Assembly (NCBI GenBank): GCA_045597865.1
Contig: JAZLKX010000025.1
Span: 64,001 to 128,000, forward strand
Direction of reading: 5' to 3'
DNA: 64,000 nt
Source: Bacilli bacterium
GTDB lineage: Bacteria > Bacillota_I > Bacilli_A > RFN20 > CAG-826
The translations under genes were made by a program, and so were the position numbers. Below the pieces are notes generated by a model. It made no database searches and had not been told where the DNA came from. It worked only from the letters and a program-made list of their open reading frames with translations. Below, piece by piece: positions 58,827-64,000 of the stretch. Numbering within the stretch: the first letter of the stretch is position 1; every line of letters begins with the position of its first letter.

Positions 58827-59282
58827 TCAATTATTTATATAAGCAGTAACTTCAATCTCAACTAACGCCCCTTTTGGAAGTTCGCCTACTTCAACACAAC
58901 TTCTTGAAGGATAACTGCCTTCTTTAAAGTAGGTTGAATAAACTGAATTCATATCATTAAAATCGTTCATGTCTACTAGATAGACAGTTGTTTTGATAAC
59001 GTTATTTAAATTTGTATTAGCAGCTTCTAAAATTGCTGAGATATTTTTGAAGACTTGAATCGTTTGTTCTTTTACATTTTCACCCACAAGTAATCCTGTT
59101 GTTGGATCTAATGCAATTTGACCTGATAAATAAGCTATGTTATACAAGATAACCCCTTGAGAGTATGGCCCAATTGCAGCAGGTGCATTTGGTGTAGAAA
59201 TTATTGTTCTTTCGGTATCCTTGGAACAACCTGAAAAACAAATAGTAGATGCAAATATAAGAGGTAAAAGTAATTTTTTCAT
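58827..59282 (-). CDS. RidA/YjgF family protein with N-terminal lipoprotein signal
   Basis: APAAIGPYSQG, SGQIA, PSRSCVEV..LPKGALVEIE; SD ggaga before MKKLLLPLIFASTICFSGC. Confidence 0.85.
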   Translation of the reverse strand: MKKLLLPLIFASTICFSGCSKDTERTIISTPNAPAAIGPYSQGVILYNIAYLSGQIALDPTTGLLVGENVKEQTIQVFKNISAILEAANTNLNNVIKTTVYLVDMNDFNDMNSVYSTYFKEGSYPSRSCVEVGELPKGALVEIEVTAYINN

Positions 59283-59403
59283 TTTCGAAATCTCCATGCA
59301 AATATTATATATTCTTTGGATTTTGGGTTGCAATTAATTCAATAATCATATATAACAATGATAAGAAAAATAAATTTTCTAGTTGATGTTAGGAGGTATT
59401 GAC

Positions 59404-60456
59404 ATGAAATTAACAAAATTATTATTCTTAGCAGTTGCAGCTTCTTCGTTAGCTGGTTGCTCTTTTGGGGAGGAAGATGTTGACACAACACTTTATGAAC
59501 TTAAGATTACAACTAATTTAGATAAAGCTAGAGAAGGTATTAAAGCTGAACTTCGTGGCGAAAGAGATCAAGACGAAATCAATGCTCTTTTAGAAGCAGG
59601 TGCAAAACAAGAAGACATTGATAAAGCTGGCACATGTGTTGATGGAACTTATTATTTCTTTGATCAAGATCCAGTTAACTTATTTGAACCATTTCTTCCA
59701 GGTTATGAGTTCTTAGGCTGGTATAAAGGAAATGAGTTCTTAGGCTTTATGGATACAGATTATGACGGAAATCCAGATTATATCTGGAACATGGATAACA
59801 AAAACACAACTCTTGAAGCCAGATTTAAATTAGTAAACTATACCATCCAATATATGGATGATGGAATAGGTCCTGCAACATACCAAGAAAATCCAAAAAC
59901 ATGGAATGTTGAACAAGGCGAAGTTGAATTAGGTCACGCAGATAAAACAGATTCTGGATTGAAATTCGATGGATGGTCATTTGCAATGGGCGGTGGAGCT
60001 TTCTATGAAGGCTATGTTAGCAAACTTAACGAACAATTCTTGGCAGATTCAAAGGCTGCAAAAGTCAGTTCAAACGGCACAGGAGAATTAACTTTCTCAC
60101 TTCATGAAATGTATAGTGAAATTAAACATAATGTCAAACTAACATTTGATAATACAATCATTGATTATATTATTGTTGAAGTAACTCCAATCGGTGGACA
60201 AACTTATACAATTGAAGATGATACTGGTAACCATTTCCTTAGAAGTGGCGAGGTTTCAGCTGAAATTTCACATAATGCAAAGGTTGTTGTTATCCCAACA
60301 TTACATAACGATGAAGAATACGAAATTGATGGTATTTATTTCGGTTCCTACAAAATTAGTACTGAAGTTCCAGTTCGTGAAGGTTTATCAACCGGATACG
60401 AAATTAGCGCAAGTCAAGATGCAGAAGTAGTTCTTCGCGCAAAAGCAAAAGCTTAA
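59404..60456 (+). CDS. Lipoprotein with InlB B-repeat-like segments
   Basis: SD aggagg; lipobox LAGC; PGYEFLGWY and GLKFDGW. Confidence 0.7.
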   Translation: MKLTKLLFLAVAASSLAGCSFGEEDVDTTLYELKITTNLDKAREGIKAELRGERDQDEINALLEAGAKQEDIDKAGTCVDGTYYFFDQDPVNLFEPFLPGYEFLGWYKGNEFLGFMDTDYDGNPDYIWNMDNKNTTLEARFKLVNYTIQYMDDGIGPATYQENPKTWNVEQGEVELGHADKTDSGLKFDGWSFAMGGGAFYEGYVSKLNEQFLADSKAAKVSSNGTGELTFSLHEMYSEIKHNVKLTFDNTIIDYIIVEVTPIGGQTYTIEDDTGNHFLRSGEVSAEISHNAKVVVIPTLHNDEEYEIDGIYFGSYKISTEVPVREGLSTGYEISASQDAEVVLRAKAKA

Positions 60457-60477
60457 TATAAAACATCTCTTATATTT

Positions 60478-60502
60478 AGCCAGTCAATGACTGGCTTTTT
60501 TA
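60478..60502 (+). terminator. Intrinsic terminator
   Basis: agccagtc aat gactggct plus T run. Confidence 0.8.
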
Positions 60503-60582
60503 TTGCCTTGAATTGCATTCATACTAGGATTAAAATAATGATACGTATATTGGGAGGATGGTTTTAAAACCAAACAGATAAT

Positions 60583-61545
60583 ATGAAAAAGATTAAATAT
60601 GCTTTATTACTTCTACCAGTCTTTGCTCTTGTTTCATGCGGAAAAGATGAAGTTCATGTTTCAAGACCAAAAGAAGTAATTTATAAAGACTACGACGGTG
60701 ATTCAGTTTATACGGAGAAAAGAACATTTTCCTATGACAAAAAAGGTAATGTTTTAACTCAAAGTAGTTATGTTTACAACGATGATACAAAAGAGTTTGT
60801 TCAAAGAGGAAAATCTGTATTTGAATACGATAGTAAAGGAAACAATACATCAATTGTAAATTATGATTATGAAGATGGTGCAGAAAAAGTACACAATAAA
60901 ATTACGTTTACTTATTCTGATAACAAATTAGTTAAAGAAGAATTCTACGATATCAATGATTCTGGCGATCTTTATGTGATGGAATATTATGGTGATTATA
61001 CATATGATTCAAAGAATCGTTTAACTGGATACAATGAATATATGTATTTTAAAGATTCTCAACAGTTCGAAAAATCAGTAGAAAATACTTATACTTACAA
61101 AGGCGATATTGAGGAATTTGAAAAAATGGTTTCCAAAAACGTAATGGGTACTCCAGATAGTGACGTAGTAATCGAAAGAACTTTTGATGATAAAGGACGT
61201 ATTATCAAAGATAAAGGTACTATTGGATCATATTGCATGGCAGATTTATATACTTACACTGAAGATGGAATGGTTTCTAGTAATGGTACTTATAAAGTGA
61301 ATGTTGAAACTGGTTTATATTCAATCCTTTCAGTTTATGAATATGTTTACACAAAGAGTTTCTACACAATTGAAGAATCACACATGTTCTTTGATATTTA
61401 CACAAATCCAGGAACAATTGATGGTTTCAGCTATATCGAGTATGAATATGATTCAAAGATGAACGTTACTTCAAAGAAAGAATATCGTCTTAATATGGAA
61501 TCAAACGAATACGCTCTTGATAGTGAAGAAATTTATAGTTATTAA
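60583..61545 (+). CDS. Lipoprotein with YD-like repeats
   Basis: Lipobox LVSC; recurring Y.YD.KGN units. Confidence 0.7.
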   Translation: MKKIKYALLLLPVFALVSCGKDEVHVSRPKEVIYKDYDGDSVYTEKRTFSYDKKGNVLTQSSYVYNDDTKEFVQRGKSVFEYDSKGNNTSIVNYDYEDGAEKVHNKITFTYSDNKLVKEEFYDINDSGDLYVMEYYGDYTYDSKNRLTGYNEYMYFKDSQQFEKSVENTYTYKGDIEEFEKMVSKNVMGTPDSDVVIERTFDDKGRIIKDKGTIGSYCMADLYTYTEDGMVSSNGTYKVNVETGLYSILSVYEYVYTKSFYTIEESHMFFDIYTNPGTIDGFSYIEYEYDSKMNVTSKKEYRLNMESNEYALDSEEIYSY

Positions 61546-61564
61546 TTTTTAAATTAATATAAAA

Positions 61565-61593
61565 AAAGGTACAGATTTTTGTCTGTACCTTTT
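61565..61593. terminator. Bidirectional terminator
   Basis: aaaaggtacaga/tctgtacctttt between convergent genes. Confidence 0.75.
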
Positions 61594-61600
61594 ATGTTAT

Positions 61601-63886
61601 TTAAATTGCTTGATACATAATGTAGAAGAATGAACCATAAGGTGTGTTTGTGAATGCCCAGTGTTCATTGTCCATCCAGTACCATTCTTTTTCTGAATAT
61701 TTAGCGTATGCTGAGATAAGATGAGATGTTTCTTCAGCTCCTGTATGAGCATTTATGAAACGACCACATGCTTTTTCTCCTGACCAACATTCATCTTCAT
61801 AATCACATTTATATTTATATTTATTTCCGATCTTGAAGTAGTTACCGCCTTCTGAGTTGCCATTCTCAATGCATGTTAATACAACATTGTCTGCAACTGT
61901 TAAATCTTTAATGCCTTCATATTCAGTAATGATTCTAGATGTGTCATCGCTAATCCAACCATCTTTTATCATGACCTTTTGAATTTCATAAGCTTTTGAA
62001 TCAATACCTTTATATTTGGTTAAATATTCAAGATAATTGGTTTCTGATTCAAGTCCTGCATTAAGAAGCATTTTATATCTAGTTAAGATTTTTGCAGATT
62101 GAGCATTATCGACAATTGGAGTTTTCTTGATATCAAATTTAGTTCTAGACATTGTTCCTTCGAAACGGTTGAACGAGTCGATCTTTTCAGTTAAGAATTC
62201 TTTTTTAAATTCTGGTGATTCTCCGCGATTTCTGAATTGGGTATTGTATTTAGACCAAACGAACGCTGAATCAACTTTATTAGATAAGATATAAGAATAA
62301 TTGTCAGGAAGACTCTTATTTGTTTTTTGATATGACTGAATAGTTTCAATAGCAATTTTGTATTGATCAGCCATTTCTTTTGTATTTATTTTAGCGTATC
62401 TACAAGCTATGCTTGTCATATCAACGAAACGTTCCATTTGAAGTTTGATATTTGCTATTATCTTTCTTACTTTTGCTTTTGTTTCAGAAGCGAAGTTATA
62501 AATGTATTTAACTCTATTGATGATTGAATTAAGAATTGATTCACCAGTTGCAACTCCTGAAATTCTTTTCATAAGTAAGATACATTTATCTAACATATTA
62601 GATGCATCGTTATATGCTTCAGAGCCATATTCACCAGAATGTTTTTGTTTTTCAAATTCATCAAGAATTGCAGATAAGTAGTCTTTACGATATTGTTCTT
62701 CTGTTAATTCGTCTTGAGGATAGATATTTGAAACATAGTTTTTGTGAACTGTATTAGCAATATCTTTTTGAAGTTCATCCATGAATCCTTCTCCAACGAT
62801 ATCGTTATGATCCTCCAAATACTTTTTAGCATTAGTCCATCCAAAGTTTTTGCCAATGAATATTTTTGTAAATGAATCATCATAATCAGCTTCGCATTGG
62901 GAGATTAATATTAATTTTCCTCTAGTGTTTCTCTTGTAATGAAGGCCTACCTTTTGAGGTTCTGCTTTAACGACTTCTTTTAGCTTTGTCTCAACGTATT
63001 GAGAATATTTTCTTTCGATTGTATCAATCGGATCAATATAGTCAGTCACAAAAGCGGTGATATCTTGTTGGTAAAGAGTTGCAAGAACTTTATCAATTTG
63101 AGCTTGTTCATAAACATGTTCATTAATAAGTTCTTTTTGGTTCTTTTGTATTTCTGCATTGATTTCATCAAGTTTCTTGTCCATGTCATCTAATTTATCT
63201 AAGACATCTTGAATTGATGGTTCTGCAGGCTTAACTGCATTAAAGAATGTTCCTAATAATCCATAAATTCCATTTGCTACAGAAACTGGATTTTCAGTCA
63301 TTCCACCAAGAATTATGTTTGCGATATACATTTCAATATTAAGACCAATGGTTGGATCAGTGTACTCTGCCGCAGATTCAATGTATGCATCTTCCCACTC
63401 ACCATCTTCTTGTTTGAATGTTCTAGTTGCATTTAAACTTTCATTCATTGCAGAGAAAGCATACAAGTTATCGATTGTTGCACTTTTATTTGTGAGTGTT
63501 CCATATCTTTCGTTAGGATTTCCGTCGAATGTAATTGTGAAGCCTCTTCCGATATCAGAAGAAACAAAAGTTTCTTTCTTAATCTCACAATTTTTAAAAT
63601 CTTCGTACGTATAATACTTTTTTCCTTTTATTTCTTTTAAATTATTAATGCTAAATAAGATGACATCATCTTCATTAATTTTTCCTTTAAAAGGACCAAA
63701 ATCATTATCAATTGTAAATTCGAATTTTCCATTTGTTTGTGAAACTTTATTTTCGAATTTTAAAATATTTTGATAATCAGATCCGTTAATATTCCATCCC
63801 TTTTCTTTTTCTTCTTCCTTGCTACATCCTACAACTGGAAGCGCCATAAGAGAGGATAATGATAATAAGAGTAATTTCTTTTTCAT
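61601..63886 (-). CDS. Large lipoprotein with hydrophobic hairpin plus coiled coil
   Basis: SD aaggag; MKKKLLL..VVGC lipobox; central hydrophobic segment followed by heptad-like QDVLDKLDDMDKKLDEIN. Confidence 0.7.
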   Translation of the reverse strand: MKKKLLLLSLSSLMALPVVGCSKEEEKEKGWNINGSDYQNILKFENKVSQTNGKFEFTIDNDFGPFKGKINEDDVILFSINNLKEIKGKKYYTYEDFKNCEIKKETFVSSDIGRGFTITFDGNPNERYGTLTNKSATIDNLYAFSAMNESLNATRTFKQEDGEWEDAYIESAAEYTDPTIGLNIEMYIANIILGGMTENPVSVANGIYGLLGTFFNAVKPAEPSIQDVLDKLDDMDKKLDEINAEIQKNQKELINEHVYEQAQIDKVLATLYQQDITAFVTDYIDPIDTIERKYSQYVETKLKEVVKAEPQKVGLHYKRNTRGKLILISQCEADYDDSFTKIFIGKNFGWTNAKKYLEDHNDIVGEGFMDELQKDIANTVHKNYVSNIYPQDELTEEQYRKDYLSAILDEFEKQKHSGEYGSEAYNDASNMLDKCILLMKRISGVATGESILNSIINRVKYIYNFASETKAKVRKIIANIKLQMERFVDMTSIACRYAKINTKEMADQYKIAIETIQSYQKTNKSLPDNYSYILSNKVDSAFVWSKYNTQFRNRGESPEFKKEFLTEKIDSFNRFEGTMSRTKFDIKKTPIVDNAQSAKILTRYKMLLNAGLESETNYLEYLTKYKGIDSKAYEIQKVMIKDGWISDDTSRIITEYEGIKDLTVADNVVLTCIENGNSEGGNYFKIGNKYKYKCDYEDECWSGEKACGRFINAHTGAEETSHLISAYAKYSEKEWYWMDNEHWAFTNTPYGSFFYIMYQAI

Positions 63887-64000
63887 GTTTGTTGTCTCCT
63901 TTCGAGTACACCTATATTGTAAAGATAACAAAAATAATAGTGGTATTAGCAGTTTTCGAAAAAAATCCGTTCATATTAAAAATTTAACTTACAAAGTAAA

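Overview
AT-rich chromosomal window, standard genetic code (TGA used as stop), whose gene content suggests a genome-reduced Bacilli/Mollicutes-adjacent gut or rumen bacterium (inference). 1-39.3 kb is mostly core genome: pullulanase, a hybrid kinase-Hpt-EAL phosphorelay, T-box-pheST, rsmH, ftsAZ, T-box-ileS-lspA-rluD, rnhC, mutS2-uvrC and tRNA-Arg(TCT), interleaved with four large acidic lipoproteins. After the tRNA lies an accessory region with no recognisable integrase: a 1960-aa Ig-repeat surface protein behind a (CTT)9 promoter microsatellite, two paralogous 3-TM genes each paired with micropeptides, a GIY-YIG-like gene, a dGTPase, a Fic gene and an AAA/DUF4143 gene, then an amino-acid ABC transporter, a lipoprotein-type RidA and more lipoproteins. 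The best candidates for undescribed systems are (i) a 4.5-copy structured ~115-bp element at 51.1-55.3 kb, each copy followed by its own short repeat set and bracketing single genes like a cassette array, (ii) the 3-TM plus micropeptide modules at 46.7-48.4 kb, (iii) promoter-sRNA-terminator units around a MazF-like ORF, and (iv) (CTT)n phase variation of the giant surface protein. All assignments are by eye from motifs; no searches were run.
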